A DNA stretch of 64,000 bases from Gemmobacter sp. (GCA_031425195.1 JANPIX010000024.1:48442-112441); one strand, 5' to 3'; counted from the first letter of the stretch, positions 1 through 10,133 are shown. The notes: generated by a model from the letters alone, not told the origin. Made by a program: numbers and translations.

Positions 1-474
1 GTCAGCCTCGGCCCGGGCCGTCTGAACTGCTGTGGCGGCGGAAGACAGGGCGTTGGTCAGACCGCGCGCCGCATCCACCACGGCCGTAAGGCGCGCCTGC
101 GATTCGGGGCGGCCGGTTGCCGAGACAAGGGCCGCATCAAGCGCACCAATGCGGTTGGTCAGACTGCCCGGCGTATCGCCCGTACCCAGTGTCTGTTCCA
201 AAGCAGCAAAGAACGCTTGCCGTGTGTCCTGTTCCGCTGCGCCTGCGTCTGCGACCCGGCGGTCGGAAAGAAGAATCTGATTGACGGTTCGTGTCACGCC
301 AACCACATCGACGCCCTGCCCGCTTGGCCCCACGCGGCGTGCCGCCAGTTCGACGTCGCGCTGCCCGTACCCCGGTGTCATAGCGTTGGCGACGTTGGAT
401 GACACCACCTCGGCCATGCGTGACACGGCGGTCAGCCCCGACAGCGCCGACGAAAGGGTGGCAGTAATGCTCAT
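1..474 (-). CDS. flgK: flagellar hook-associated protein FlgK, N-terminal part (gene runs off the left edge)
   Basis: Not on the ORF track because there is no stop inside the window. Hand translation of the minus strand from the ATG at 474 gives MSITATLSSALSGLTAVSRMAEVVSSNVANAMTPGYGQRDVEL..., the conserved flagellar axial-protein N-terminus as in FlgK. The frame is open to position 1 and the start lies 11 nt after the flgE stop. Confidence 0.85.
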   Translation of the reverse strand, partial: MSITATLSSALSGLTAVSRMAEVVSSNVANAMTPGYGQRDVELAARRVGPSGQGVDVVGVTRTVNQILLSDRRVADAGAAEQDTRQAFFAALEQTLGTGDTPGSLTNRIGALDAALVSATGRPESQARLTAVVDAARGLTNALSSAATAVQTARAEAD

Positions 475-485
475 CTGCTCAGACC

Positions 486-1787
486 CTAGCGTTTGATGTT
501 GGTGGTTTCTTGCAGCATTTCGTCAACTGTCTGGATCACCTTGGCGTTGGATGAATAGGCGCGCTGCGTCTGGATCAGGGCAGTCAGTTCCGCCGCGACG
601 TCGGTGGTCGATCCTTCGCGCGCGTATCCGACGACAGCACCTGTCGGGCCATCCCCTGCGTCCCACAGGAAGAACGACCCCGAGTTGGGCGAAACCTGAT
701 ACGTCTGATTGTCGAGCGCGATAAGGCCGTTCAGGTTTGGGACATCGACCAGCGGAATCTGGTACAAGCGGCGGGTAAAGCCGGTGTCGTAGGTCGCAAG
801 CACATAGCCGTTTTCGTCAACCTCCACCGCCGTCAGATTTCCGACAGGAGAGCCGTCCTTTGTAATCGATGTGGGGGCAAAGCTGTCAGACAGCTGCGTC
901 AGACCATTCGGGTCGCCCAGTTTGCCGATTGTGATGGTAAGCGGCCCACCCGCGACCGTTAGGTCAAGCGTGCCATCCGCCGCATCGTAAGCACCGCCAG
1001 AAACAGGCGTCACGCCAGACAAGGTGCCACCGTTGCCGCGCGTGTCGTCGAATGTCAGTGTATATTCACCGATCAGCGCGCCGCCTTGTGCGGAATCGCG
1101 GATTTGCAAGGTCCATTCATTCGATGATCCGCTGGCGGGCACTGTTGGGGTGAAGGAAATGGCCAGTGTTTCGGATGTTCCAAGGTTTCCGAAGTATTCA
1201 ACTGAAAGCGGAAAAGTCGTCCCGGGGGCCCCTGCAACCGTGCCGGTCGCGGGCAGGTTGACGCCAAGTGTCATCGCCGTCGTGGGGTCGCCGGTTTGCT
1301 GATTTGCGTTCACCACAACCGGCTGCAACCCCACCACTGTGTCGCGTGGCAAGACTGGAATCGCGCCGTTGGCATTGGCCGGCCAGCCCAGCAGTACAAG
1401 CCCGGATTTCGTTTTCAGCACGCCGTTGGCATCCGGATAGAACGAGCCTGTTGTCGTCATCATCATCGTCTGATCGCCCGATTCGAGCCCGACAGCCGAT
1501 GTGACTGGCAGCATCCCCCGCCCCGCCACTGCCAGATCAAGAGCGTTTGATGTGGAAACAAGCGCGCCACGTTCATCGATCAGCCGCGAAGATGTCGGGC
1601 GAACGCCGCCCGCAGAATATCGGCTGGCATTCGGGGTCGTCGTCGACACCATGCTTTCGAAATCAGTCGTGACCCGCTTGTACCCGTAAGTGGACGAGTT
1701 CGAGATGTTGTCGGAAATGGTAGCAAGGCGCGCAGCATGAGCGTTCAGGCCGGCCACGCCCGCATTCAAGGCCGATGATATTGTCAT
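486..1787 (-). CDS. flgE: flagellar hook protein FlgE
   Basis: MTISSALNAGVAGLNAHAARLATISDNISNSSTYGYKR N-terminus and C-terminal LIQTQRAYSSNAKVIQTVDEMLQETTNIKR are classic FlgE termini. I chose the ATG at 1787 (M15 of the 486..1829 ORF). Confidence 0.93.
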   Translation of the reverse strand: MTISSALNAGVAGLNAHAARLATISDNISNSSTYGYKRVTTDFESMVSTTTPNASRYSAGGVRPTSSRLIDERGALVSTSNALDLAVAGRGMLPVTSAVGLESGDQTMMMTTTGSFYPDANGVLKTKSGLVLLGWPANANGAIPVLPRDTVVGLQPVVVNANQQTGDPTTAMTLGVNLPATGTVAGAPGTTFPLSVEYFGNLGTSETLAISFTPTVPASGSSNEWTLQIRDSAQGGALIGEYTLTFDDTRGNGGTLSGVTPVSGGAYDAADGTLDLTVAGGPLTITIGKLGDPNGLTQLSDSFAPTSITKDGSPVGNLTAVEVDENGYVLATYDTGFTRRLYQIPLVDVPNLNGLIALDNQTYQVSPNSGSFFLWDAGDGPTGAVVGYAREGSTTDVAAELTALIQTQRAYSSNAKVIQTVDEMLQETTNIKR

Positions 1788-1845
1788 GGAAAGCGCCTTT
1801 CTGATGCTTTGATCAACGATCAAGGCCACCTTTGCGCGCGTCCCC

Positions 1846-1860
1846 TTAATTTCCGGCTAA
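1846..1860 (-). promoter_or_regulatory. CtrA-box-like motif (TTAA-N7-CTAA on the + strand) about 60 nt upstream of flgE
   Basis: The sequence ttaatttccggctaa lies in the motB-flgE spacer. One half-site is perfect and the other has one mismatch to TTAA-N7-TTAA. Confidence 0.3.
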
Positions 1861-1883
1861 TACCTAAAGTTTGAACGATCCTT

Positions 1884-2723
1884 TCAACGATCTCTGCGCA
1901 GCAAGATAATCTCTATCCGGTTGTTGCGCCCCGCCGTCGCATCCGCCGTCACGGGTTTGCGGTCTGCGAACCCGGCGATTCGCTGAAAACGCTCGGAAGG
2001 CATGCCGTTGCTCTCGATCAACGCTTTCATCGTCGCCGCCCGGCTTTGCGACAGTGCCCAGACCGGATTGTCGATCAGCGTGATGGGATAGTGGCGCATA
2101 TGGCCGTTGACCGCGATTTCGTTGGTCGTGATCGCCAAAACTTCGGCGAGCCTCGCGGCAATAGCCTCGGTCACCGGTTCGGGCTGGGCAGTATCGCCAT
2201 GGAACAGGGGCGCCCGATCCAGATCGAACAGTTCGATGACAAGCCCTTCGTCCGTGACCTTTGTCACGACGTGGCGCAATGCCTGCTGCATCGTCATGCT
2301 TTCGCCGCCCAGTGCGGTCAAGGCGCGTTCCATCTTTTCCTGCAGGCCCGCCAATTCGGTTTCGCCCTGCAGCCCTGCGGACTGATCGCTGTCGGTGGGT
2401 CGCTGCATTGCGGCACCGGTACCGTTCTGCGAAAGCGTTTCGTCAGTGAACACCGATTCCCCGCCAAAGGCACCGTCACCGCCGCCTGAAATGCGATTGA
2501 TCGGGATGGTCGGACTGAAATAGTCCGCAACACCCTTTCGCTGCTTTTCCGTCGTCGCACCCAGCAGCCACATCAACAGAAAGAATGCCATCATGGCAGT
2601 TACAAAGTCGGCATAGGCCACTTTCCACGCCCCACCGTGGTGCCCGCCGGCCTGAATAATCTTCTTCCGTTTGATAATGACTGGCGCGGCATTTGATTGC
2701 CCTGCCATCCCACACCCGTTCAT
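1884..2723 (-). CDS. motB: flagellar motor stator protein MotB (OmpA-like C-terminus)
   Basis: APVIIKRKK..GGHHGGAWKVAYADFVTAMMAFFLLMWLL is the MotB plug/TM signature, and the C-terminal NRIEIILL is an OmpA-like end. The start could be the ATG at 2708 instead of 2723. Confidence 0.9.
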   Translation of the reverse strand: MNGCGMAGQSNAAPVIIKRKKIIQAGGHHGGAWKVAYADFVTAMMAFFLLMWLLGATTEKQRKGVADYFSPTIPINRISGGGDGAFGGESVFTDETLSQNGTGAAMQRPTDSDQSAGLQGETELAGLQEKMERALTALGGESMTMQQALRHVVTKVTDEGLVIELFDLDRAPLFHGDTAQPEPVTEAIAARLAEVLAITTNEIAVNGHMRHYPITLIDNPVWALSQSRAATMKALIESNGMPSERFQRIAGFADRKPVTADATAGRNNRIEIILLRRDR

Positions 2724-2802
2724 TCACCCGAGCTAAGCATTATCCGAACGAGGTGAAGGCGTGACTAACAGGTAAAGTTTGACGGAAAACGACCGGCAGG
2801 CA

Positions 2803-3495
2803 TCATTCGCCTTCGTCCATCGTATCGTCTTCTTCTTCCTTGACGTTCATGTTGCGCAGATGCTGCGCAATACCCTCTTCGACATCCCGGAAATAGGTGA
2901 GCTTGCCATTCTCCAGAACGGCGGTCGACGTGCACAGCCGCCGGATCTGCGCCATCGAATGGGTGACGACCACCGCCCCGCTGTACCGCAGACGCTCCAT
3001 AAAGACGTTTGCGCTTTTCTGGCGAAAGCTGGCGTCGCCGACGCTTGTCACTTCGTCGACGAGATAGGTGTCGAAATGAATTCCCATCGACACTCCGAAC
3101 GAAAGCCGTGATCGCATCCCTGACGAATAGGTGCGCACGGGTTGATGGAAATGTTCACCAAGTTCAGCAAAATCTTCCACAAATTCCATCAGTTCATCGG
3201 TATCAACGCCGTAAGCGCGCGCTACGAAACGGGTGTTCTGCCCGCCTGTCAGATCGTTGTGAAAACTGCCCCGAAACCCCACGGGCCAGGAAATCGTGCC
3301 GGAACTGTCGATCGAGCCGCTGTCGATTTCGGTGGCCCCGGCGATCATCGACAAGAGCGTTGATTTACCAGCACCGTTGCGCCCAAGAAGCCCGATTGAT
3401 TCGCCGGTCGGAAAGGTCATGTTGATGTTATCGGCCACGATCTTTCGCGACCGCCCCAACTGGAAGACCTTGTTCAGATTCCGGATGCGGATCAT
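2803..3495 (-). CDS. kpsT: capsular polysaccharide export ABC transporter ATP-binding protein (KpsT-like)
   Basis: Walker [14 protein letters not shown] signature YSSGMRSRL, about 220 aa, adjacent to KpsE/KpsM-like genes. Confidence 0.85.
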   Translation of the reverse strand: MIRIRNLNKVFQLGRSRKIVADNINMTFPTGESIGLLGRNGAGKSTLLSMIAGATEIDSGSIDSSGTISWPVGFRGSFHNDLTGGQNTRFVARAYGVDTDELMEFVEDFAELGEHFHQPVRTYSSGMRSRLSFGVSMGIHFDTYLVDEVTSVGDASFRQKSANVFMERLRYSGAVVVTHSMAQIRRLCTSTAVLENGKLTYFRDVEEGIAQHLRNMNVKEEEDDTMDEGE

Positions 3496-3498
3496 GGC

Positions 3499-5025
3499 TT
3501 AGCGGCGGTCACGGATGCTGTAGAAGATCAGGGTCGCCAATGACCAGCCAAGGAACAGCAGCACGCCTGTCAGCATCAGGATCATGGTATAGCTAGGGTA
3601 GATGGCACCTTGCGGCAAGGTTGGCTCTACATGCGCTGCAAGATAGCGGCTTTTGCGATTCGCCTCGCCTTGGGCGGTGTTGTAGATGAGCGTGGCGGAA
3701 CGAAACGACTCTTCGGCGACTTCGCGGTCAACGACCAGACCTTCATACTCGGCGACGATCCGCGCGTAATCGCGACCGCCGGTCGAACCGTCGGCACCCA
3801 TCCCAAACTTTTGACGTTCGTCTGCCAGACGACGTTCGATCGTGGCAATGCGAATTTCCATCGGCGGAATACGAGAGTCGTTTTCGCGGGCGACCGCCTT
3901 CAAAACGTCAAGGTCGATCATCGCGGCGGCAAGTTCTTCTTCCAGCTTGTTCATAAGGCCCATTTGGCCCTGAACGTCGGAAAGCGGATCAACCACCTGA
4001 TTGCGCGAACGGTAATCCGTGATCGCGACACGAATTTCCTTCAATCGTTGGCCGGCGCGCGCAAGTTCTTCTCGGGCATAGCGGGTCGCATCTTCACGGG
4101 CGGCTTCGGACAGGCGGTTGATCATGAGCGACGAGTACCCGATGATTGCCTGCGCGATCTTTTGCGCCTCTGTTGGGGAAAATGCGCGGACCTCAAGGCC
4201 GATCAGGCCTGTGGATTCGTTGTATTCGACGCCGACCATGCTTTCCCAATATTTCTGCTTTTCCTCGATGTTGGCACCGGGCTTGAGCGAGAAAAACGGG
4301 TCATCCTGATAATGGCGGCTGTAAAGGGCGAACAGGTCAAGATCCTGATCGACACGCGCCACAAGGTCTGGGCTGCGGATGAAATCATACAGAATCTCTG
4401 CGTCAGTAGAGGCTGACCCTGTAAGCTGACTAAGTCCACCAAGCATGTCGACAGTGGACGCCCCTTCTTCCTTGCGGATCGAAAAGCCGGCGATGGAGGC
4501 GTACTGATCCTGCGCAAAGGTGAAAAGATAACCCGCCGTTACCATAAGCGGCAGGACAACGATCAGAAGAAAAGAAGCGAGCGTCAGTTTGTGACGGCGG
4601 CGCAGACCGGCGCGCGCTGCGGGTGCCCGAACGGGTTGCTGGGGTTGGGCGGTGCCGCCGACGGCAGGGCCAACCGGTGTTACAACCGGCCCGATGGTCG
4701 GCATTTTTATCGGCGTAACCGAAGCGGGCGTTGCTGCTGCAACTGCAGGGTTGTCGACCATCCGCCGACGTTCTGGCACCGAAAGAAGTGCCGGCCCGAC
4801 AATCGGGCTGCGACGCCGACCCATACGAAGCCTGCGCTGCATCCCTTTACCACCTTCGATCATTTCGGCGCCCGCTGGCACGGCCACGTCTGGCGCATCT
4901 GTTTCCGATACGGGAGCAACTGGGCCCTTGGCCTGATCCGATTCCACCCAAAAACCCTTTTTTTCCGGGCAGTCAGGCGCGTCCAACTGTCCCACGGCGC
5001 AAGACCAAGACCAGCCTGGTGCCAA
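3499..5025 (-). CDS. kpsE: capsule polysaccharide export inner-membrane protein (KpsE/PCP-3 family); start uncertain
   Basis: TM helix LTLASFLLIVVLPLMVTAGYLF, a long coiled periplasmic region and a C-terminal TM (MILMLTGVLLFLGWSLATLIFY) match KpsE architecture. The first ~130 codons are Pro/Ala/Val-rich, so the true start may be an internal Met. Confidence 0.75.
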   Translation of the reverse strand: MAPGWSWSCAVGQLDAPDCPEKKGFWVESDQAKGPVAPVSETDAPDVAVPAGAEMIEGGKGMQRRLRMGRRRSPIVGPALLSVPERRRMVDNPAVAAATPASVTPIKMPTIGPVVTPVGPAVGGTAQPQQPVRAPAARAGLRRRHKLTLASFLLIVVLPLMVTAGYLFTFAQDQYASIAGFSIRKEEGASTVDMLGGLSQLTGSASTDAEILYDFIRSPDLVARVDQDLDLFALYSRHYQDDPFFSLKPGANIEEKQKYWESMVGVEYNESTGLIGLEVRAFSPTEAQKIAQAIIGYSSLMINRLSEAAREDATRYAREELARAGQRLKEIRVAITDYRSRNQVVDPLSDVQGQMGLMNKLEEELAAAMIDLDVLKAVARENDSRIPPMEIRIATIERRLADERQKFGMGADGSTGGRDYARIVAEYEGLVVDREVAEESFRSATLIYNTAQGEANRKSRYLAAHVEPTLPQGAIYPSYTMILMLTGVLLFLGWSLATLIFYSIRDRR

Positions 5026-5105
5026 ATCGAATTTGATCTTTCGCCTGCGTTCCTACTATAGACAGCACAAGAGAATCCAGTCGAAAAACGGGGCCCTGCC
5101 TGGCG

Positions 5106-5990
5106 ATGGGTTTCGTTTGCCGATCATGTGATATGAATCGGCCCAAGCAAGGCGTTGATATGAAAAAGCGATCAGCCAGTTTCATTCCGATGGCCCAGCG
5201 CCCCGGCGTCTTCACACAGCCCTGGCGAACGCTTCGTTCCATCGGCGCATTGATGATGCGCGAGATGACAACGACCTATGGCCGGTCGCCCGGTGGATAC
5301 ATCTGGGCGTTTCTGGAGCCGATCGGCACGATTGTCGTGCTGACAGCGGTGATCAGCCTGGGCCTTCGCCTGCGCCAACCATCGCTGGGCGTAAATTTCG
5401 CGATGTTTTACGCGACCGGGCTTTTGTCGTTTTCCATGTATCAACGGACGCAAGGCAAAGTGGCGCAGAGCATCAGCTATTCCCGTGCGCTGCTGCGGTA
5501 TCAGGCGATCCGGTTTTTCGACACCATTGCCGCGCGCGTGCTGTTGAACTTCATCACGCAGGCGAGCGTGATGCTGATCATTTTCGCAGCCTTGACGAGC
5601 ATCTATGACACCCGCACGCAAATCGACATTCGTTGGGTCATGCTGAGTATGGTCATGGCGGCATCACTCGGCGTTGGCCTCGGTTTGATTAACGCCCTTT
5701 TGATGCCGTTGTTTCCGGTTTACGCATCGCTGTTCGGCATTCTGACGACACCGCTTTTCTTCTTGTCGGGCATTCTGTTCATCTATGAAGATCTGCCTGC
5801 GGGCGCCCAACCCTTTGCCTGGTTCAACCCGCTTATCCATGTGACCGGAATGATGCGACGCGGTTTCTATCCGCAGTATGATGCAGAATTTGTGTCGCCG
5901 ATGTATGTTTTCACGGTTGCACTGATCCTTGCGGTGATCGGATTTGCGCTGATCAGCCGCTATTTCCGTTTTGTTGTGGATCGCAGCTGA
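5106..5990 (+). CDS. kpsM: capsule polysaccharide export ABC-2 permease (KpsM-like); start probably the internal ATG at 5160
   Basis: ABC-2 type permease with about 6 TM segments, divergent from kpsE-kpsT. MKKRSASF at 5160 gives a typical ~276-aa KpsM. Confidence 0.8.
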   Translation: MGFVCRSCDMNRPKQGVDMKKRSASFIPMAQRPGVFTQPWRTLRSIGALMMREMTTTYGRSPGGYIWAFLEPIGTIVVLTAVISLGLRLRQPSLGVNFAMFYATGLLSFSMYQRTQGKVAQSISYSRALLRYQAIRFFDTIAARVLLNFITQASVMLIIFAALTSIYDTRTQIDIRWVMLSMVMAASLGVGLGLINALLMPLFPVYASLFGILTTPLFFLSGILFIYEDLPAGAQPFAWFNPLIHVTGMMRRGFYPQYDAEFVSPMYVFTVALILAVIGFALISRYFRFVVDRS

Positions 5991-6060
5991 GCGAGGGCTG
6001 TCGACACGGGTTGTCCGATAGCAACTGCGACGTCATATTGCTGAAAAAGCAGAGGCACAG

Positions 6061-6618
6061 ATGGCGGAACAGCCCAATCCCGGTTGGCATGGAACCACAA
6101 TCCTGGCGGTGCGCCGCGGTGGCATGGTTGTCGTTGCGGGTGACGGCCAAGTCAGCCTAGGGCAGACCGTCATCAAGGGTACGGCGCGCAAGGTCCGCCG
6201 CCTTTCGCCGGGTGGCCGCGATATCGTGGCCGGGTTCGCCGGGTCCACAGCGGACGCCTTTACCCTGTTGGAGCGGCTTGAAAAGAAGTTGGAAGCCTTG
6301 CCGGGTCAACTGGCGCGTGGTTGTGTGGAATTGGCCAAAGATTGGCGCATGGACAAATACCTGCGCAATCTGGAAGCCATGTTGATCGTCACCGACGGGC
6401 GTGATCTTTTCGTCATTACCGGGGCCGGCGATGTGTTAGAGCCGGAAAACGACGTGGCCGCCATCGGCTCGGGCGGGAACTATGCGCTTGCAGCGGCACG
6501 CGGCCTGATGACGACAGACTTGCCGGCGGAAGACATTGCCCGCCGTGCCATGGCCATCGCGGCCGAGATTTGTGTGTATACCAACGGCAATCTGACCGTT
6601 GAAATGATCAGTGGTTAG
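6061..6618 (+). CDS. hslV: ATP-dependent protease subunit HslV
   Basis: [13 protein letters not shown] (active-site Thr) and [14 protein letters not shown] are characteristic of HslV. Confidence 0.95.
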   Translation: MAEQPNPGWHGTTILAVRRGGMVVVAGDGQVSLGQTVIKGTARKVRRLSPGGRDIVAGFAGSTADAFTLLERLEKKLEALPGQLARGCVELAKDWRMDKYLRNLEAMLIVTDGRDLFVITGAGDVLEPENDVAAIGSGGNYALAAARGLMTTDLPAEDIARRAMAIAAEICVYTNGNLTVEMISG

Positions 6619-6627
6619 GAAACAACC

Positions 6628-7695
6628 GTGCAGTTTACAACCGACGATGTCCGCTCTGCAGTCGCCACAGGGATCCTGAGCGAGGCGCAAGCCGCCAGTC
6701 TGACGGCGTTGGCCGCAGCACGGGCCGGGCAGCGCGATCAACTGACGGCGGATGATGAACCATTCGAATTTTTTCGGGGGTTCGCAGAGATATTCGTTTC
6801 GGTCGGGCTTTTCCTTCTGCTGGCCGGCATTCTGGCGCTGACGCAGGTTTATGGCGGATTCCTGACACCGGCGCTTGCGGCATTCCTGTGCTGGACGTTT
6901 GCGCGGTATTTCACGCTAAAGCGACGCATGGCCCTGCCAAGCATCATTCTGGTGTCTGGTTTTGCATTGGGTGCCGCAATCTCGATTGCGTTGCTGATGG
7001 GTCTCGTGCTGCCCGAATGGGAAGGCAACCGCACCTATCTTGCGATCTTCTTCGTACTGGTGCTTGCGGCCCTGGCGGTGTGGTACCGGACGTTCCGGGT
7101 GCCGTTCACGATGTTTCTGGCGGGCTTTGCCGCGATGGGACTGATCTTCGTGCTGACCAACAGTCTGATCCCGTTTGTGGACAGCAATCTGTCATGGTCA
7201 TCGATCTTTGATCTTCGGCAGGGGTCTGGCATGGCCATCGGTACCCTGACGTTTGGTCTGGTTGCGCTGGCCGCAGGGCTGGCTTTCGACATGCGTGATC
7301 CGTATCGGTTAAGCCGCTGGTCGGCCTGTGGGTTCTGGCTGCACATTCTGGCCGCGCCGGCGCTTGTGAACACTTTTGCGCTGACCGCGTACAACAGCGG
7401 TGATGCCAGCGGAAAGATCTTCCTTGCGATAACGCTCATTCTGGTGGCGCTGCTTGCGCTTATCATCGACAGGCGTTCGTTTCTGACGGCAGGGGTCGTG
7501 TATCTTGGAATCCTTGTTGCCTGGGTGCTGACGTCCGGCGGCGAACCTGCGCCGATGGCATTCGTCTTGTTGGTTCTGGGCGTTATCTTGACAGTGATGG
7601 GAACCTTCTGGACGCAGATGCGTGGCTATATCATGCGGTCGCTTCCCAATTTTCCCGGCAAGACGCGGCTTCCGCCTTATGTGATCGTTGAATGA
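6628..7695 (+). CDS. uncharacterised polytopic membrane protein embedded between hslV and hslU
   Basis: 355-codon ORF. The GTG start is 10 nt after the hslV stop, with AGGAAA upstream, and its TGA overlaps the hslU ATG (ATGA at 7692-7695). It has a soluble ~50-aa N-terminus followed by about 9-10 hydrophobic segments. I recognise no family. Confidence 0.75.
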   Translation: MQFTTDDVRSAVATGILSEAQAASLTALAAARAGQRDQLTADDEPFEFFRGFAEIFVSVGLFLLLAGILALTQVYGGFLTPALAAFLCWTFARYFTLKRRMALPSIILVSGFALGAAISIALLMGLVLPEWEGNRTYLAIFFVLVLAALAVWYRTFRVPFTMFLAGFAAMGLIFVLTNSLIPFVDSNLSWSSIFDLRQGSGMAIGTLTFGLVALAAGLAFDMRDPYRLSRWSACGFWLHILAAPALVNTFALTAYNSGDASGKIFLAITLILVALLALIIDRRSFLTAGVVYLGILVAWVLTSGGEPAPMAFVLLVLGVILTVMGTFWTQMRGYIMRSLPNFPGKTRLPPYVIVE

Positions 7696-8996
7696 CAAAC
7701 CTGACACCCCGCGAAATCGTGGCCGAACTTGATCGGCATATCATCGGCCAGGCTGATGCCAAGCGCGCCGTGGCTGTGGCGCTGCGCAACAGGTGGCGGC
7801 GCAAGCAACTGGCCGATGATCTGCGTGACGAGGTTTATCCAAAGAACATCCTGATGATCGGACCGACCGGGGTTGGAAAGACAGAAATCAGCCGCCGGTT
7901 GGCCAAACTTGCCAAGGCGCCCTTCCTGAAGGTGGAGGCGACGAAATTCACCGAAGTCGGCTATGTCGGTCGGGATGTGGACAGCATCATCCGCGATCTG
8001 GTTGACGCGGCCATGATCGACACACGGGCGCGGATGCGCGACGAGGTGAAGGCGCGGGCCCAGAAGGCGGCGGAAGACCGGGTGATCGAAGCGGTTGCTG
8101 GCAAGGATGCCCGCGATGCGACGCGTGATATGTTCCGGACCAAGCTGAAGAACGGGGATCTGGATCAGACGATGATCGAGATTGATGTGACAGATGCCGG
8201 TGGTGGCTTTCCCATTCTTGGCGGCCTGCCCGGCAATGGCATGGATCTGCAGATGCAGGGTCTGCAGGAAATGTTTGGCAAGGCGTTCAACCGATCAAGC
8301 CGCAAGCGTATGACCGTGCTGGAAAGCTATGACATCCTTGTCGGCCAAGAGGCGGACAAGCTGTTGGACGACGAAGCCGTCAAGGCAGCAGCATTGGAGG
8401 CGGTACAGGAAAACGGGATCGTATTCCTGGACGAAATCGACAAGATCTGCGCCCGCGCCGACGCCCGCGGTGCCGATGTCAGTCGTGAAGGCGTGCAGCG
8501 CGATCTGCTGCCGCTCATCGAGGGGACGTCGGTTTCCACCAAATACGGGGCGGTCAAGACCGACCATATCCTGTTCATCGCAAGCGGTGCTTTTCACATC
8601 GCCAAACCGTCGGACTTGCTGCCCGAATTGCAGGGAAGATTGCCCATCCGGGTAGAGCTTCAACCACTCACCCAGGCCGACTTTGTGCGCATCCTGACGG
8701 AAACAGACAATGCGCTCACCCGCCAGTATGCAGCCTTGATGGGAACCGAAGGGGTGAATGTTACATTCACACAGGATGGCGTGATGGCCCTTGCGCGGAT
8801 AGCGGCCGAAGTGAATGCATCGGTCGAAAACATCGGTGCCCGCAGACTTTACACCGTGATGGAGCGGGTGTTTGAGGAACTCTCCTTCGCGGCACCCGAA
8901 CGGGCAGGCAACAGCGTGACAATTGACGCTGCCTTTGTCGAATCGCAGGTGGGTGCATTGGCCCGGTCGGCCGATGTAAGTCGTTACGTTTTGTAG
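7692..8996 (+). CDS. hslU: ATP-dependent protease ATPase subunit HslU
   Basis: [17 protein letters not shown], Walker [28 protein letters not shown]-terminal SRYVL. Confidence 0.96.
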   Translation: MTNLTPREIVAELDRHIIGQADAKRAVAVALRNRWRRKQLADDLRDEVYPKNILMIGPTGVGKTEISRRLAKLAKAPFLKVEATKFTEVGYVGRDVDSIIRDLVDAAMIDTRARMRDEVKARAQKAAEDRVIEAVAGKDARDATRDMFRTKLKNGDLDQTMIEIDVTDAGGGFPILGGLPGNGMDLQMQGLQEMFGKAFNRSSRKRMTVLESYDILVGQEADKLLDDEAVKAAALEAVQENGIVFLDEIDKICARADARGADVSREGVQRDLLPLIEGTSVSTKYGAVKTDHILFIASGAFHIAKPSDLLPELQGRLPIRVELQPLTQADFVRILTETDNALTRQYAALMGTEGVNVTFTQDGVMALARIAAEVNASVENIGARRLYTVMERVFEELSFAAPERAGNSVTIDAAFVESQVGALARSADVSRYVL

Positions 8997-9011
8997 GTAC
9001 GGAAGATTGCC

Positions 9012-10133
9012 GTGAAAAATACCGCTCTGCTGCTGGCCGTCCTGTTGATCTCTGCCTGTTCGCAGCGGGGGCTATTAACACTCGACCCCTCTGCTGCTGC
9101 GGTGGGCGATGTTTCAACGATTTTTGTCGGAACGACGCGGGCGATTGACCCCGCCGTTGGGTTGTACGGCGCTGAAAGATCGGAAAACGTGCTCTACAGC
9201 CGCTTTGACGTGTCCATCCCGCCGGATCGGGACATCGGCAAGATCACCTGGCCCCGCCATGGAAAGGCGGACCCGAACCGCGATTTCGTGACCACAAGGG
9301 CGGTGCAGTATACTTCCGGCGGCGCTTTTGCGATGGACCTTCGCAGGTCCATTGGATCGGCCAACAATCCGCAACGAGAAGCGGTGATTTTCGTTCACGG
9401 ATTCAACACGACTTTTTCCGAAGGCCTGTACCGGCTGGCGCAGCTTTCACACGATCTTGAAATGCCGGGCACAATTATCGAGTATTCCTGGCCATCGATC
9501 GCGAACCCGCTTGGCTATGTGCATGATCGCGATTCCGCATTGTTCGCACGCGACGGGCTGGAGCAGTTGATCGGCGAAGTGAAGGCCGCTGGGGCAGATC
9601 ACATCTATGTTGTCGCCCACTCCATGGGGGCCACGCTGGCAATGGAGGCGCTTCGGCAGATTGCCATTCGTGACAACAAGGATCTGCTGGATACCATTGA
9701 CGCTGTGGCGCTGATCTCTCCTGATATCGACGTGGATGTGTTCCGATCACAGGCTCAGGCGCTGGGTCCGATGTTGCCTAATCCGTTTGCTATTTTCGGA
9801 TCCGAGCGGGATTTCTATCTTGGCCTTTCAAGCCGGTTGACCGGCGAGCGGGAGCGGCTGGGGAATCTGTCCGATGTGACGCGTCTTGCGGATTTGAAGG
9901 TGACCTATTTTGATGTGTCGAACTATTCCGAAGGATCTGGCCATTTCAACCTTGGGGATTCGCCGACGTTGATCCGGCTGTTCGACCGGGTTGTGGACGT
10001 CGATAACGCCTTGAACGGTGACCAGCGAAACCGCGTCGGCCTGCTTCCCGGTGTGCTTTTGACGGTTCGTAACGCGACTCAGGTTGTCTTGGCACCGGTT
10101 GTCATTGTGGGTGACGAATTCCGGCGACGTTAA
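9012..10133 (+). CDS. lipoprotein, alpha/beta hydrolase (DUF900-like)
   Basis: Lipobox LLISAC at the N-terminus and nucleophile elbow VVAHSMGA. The fold and length fit the DUF900 esterase family. GTG start. Confidence 0.7.
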   Translation: MKNTALLLAVLLISACSQRGLLTLDPSAAAVGDVSTIFVGTTRAIDPAVGLYGAERSENVLYSRFDVSIPPDRDIGKITWPRHGKADPNRDFVTTRAVQYTSGGAFAMDLRRSIGSANNPQREAVIFVHGFNTTFSEGLYRLAQLSHDLEMPGTIIEYSWPSIANPLGYVHDRDSALFARDGLEQLIGEVKAAGADHIYVVAHSMGATLAMEALRQIAIRDNKDLLDTIDAVALISPDIDVDVFRSQAQALGPMLPNPFAIFGSERDFYLGLSSRLTGERERLGNLSDVTRLADLKVTYFDVSNYSEGSGHFNLGDSPTLIRLFDRVVDVDNALNGDQRNRVGLLPGVLLTVRNATQVVLAPVVIVGDEFRRR

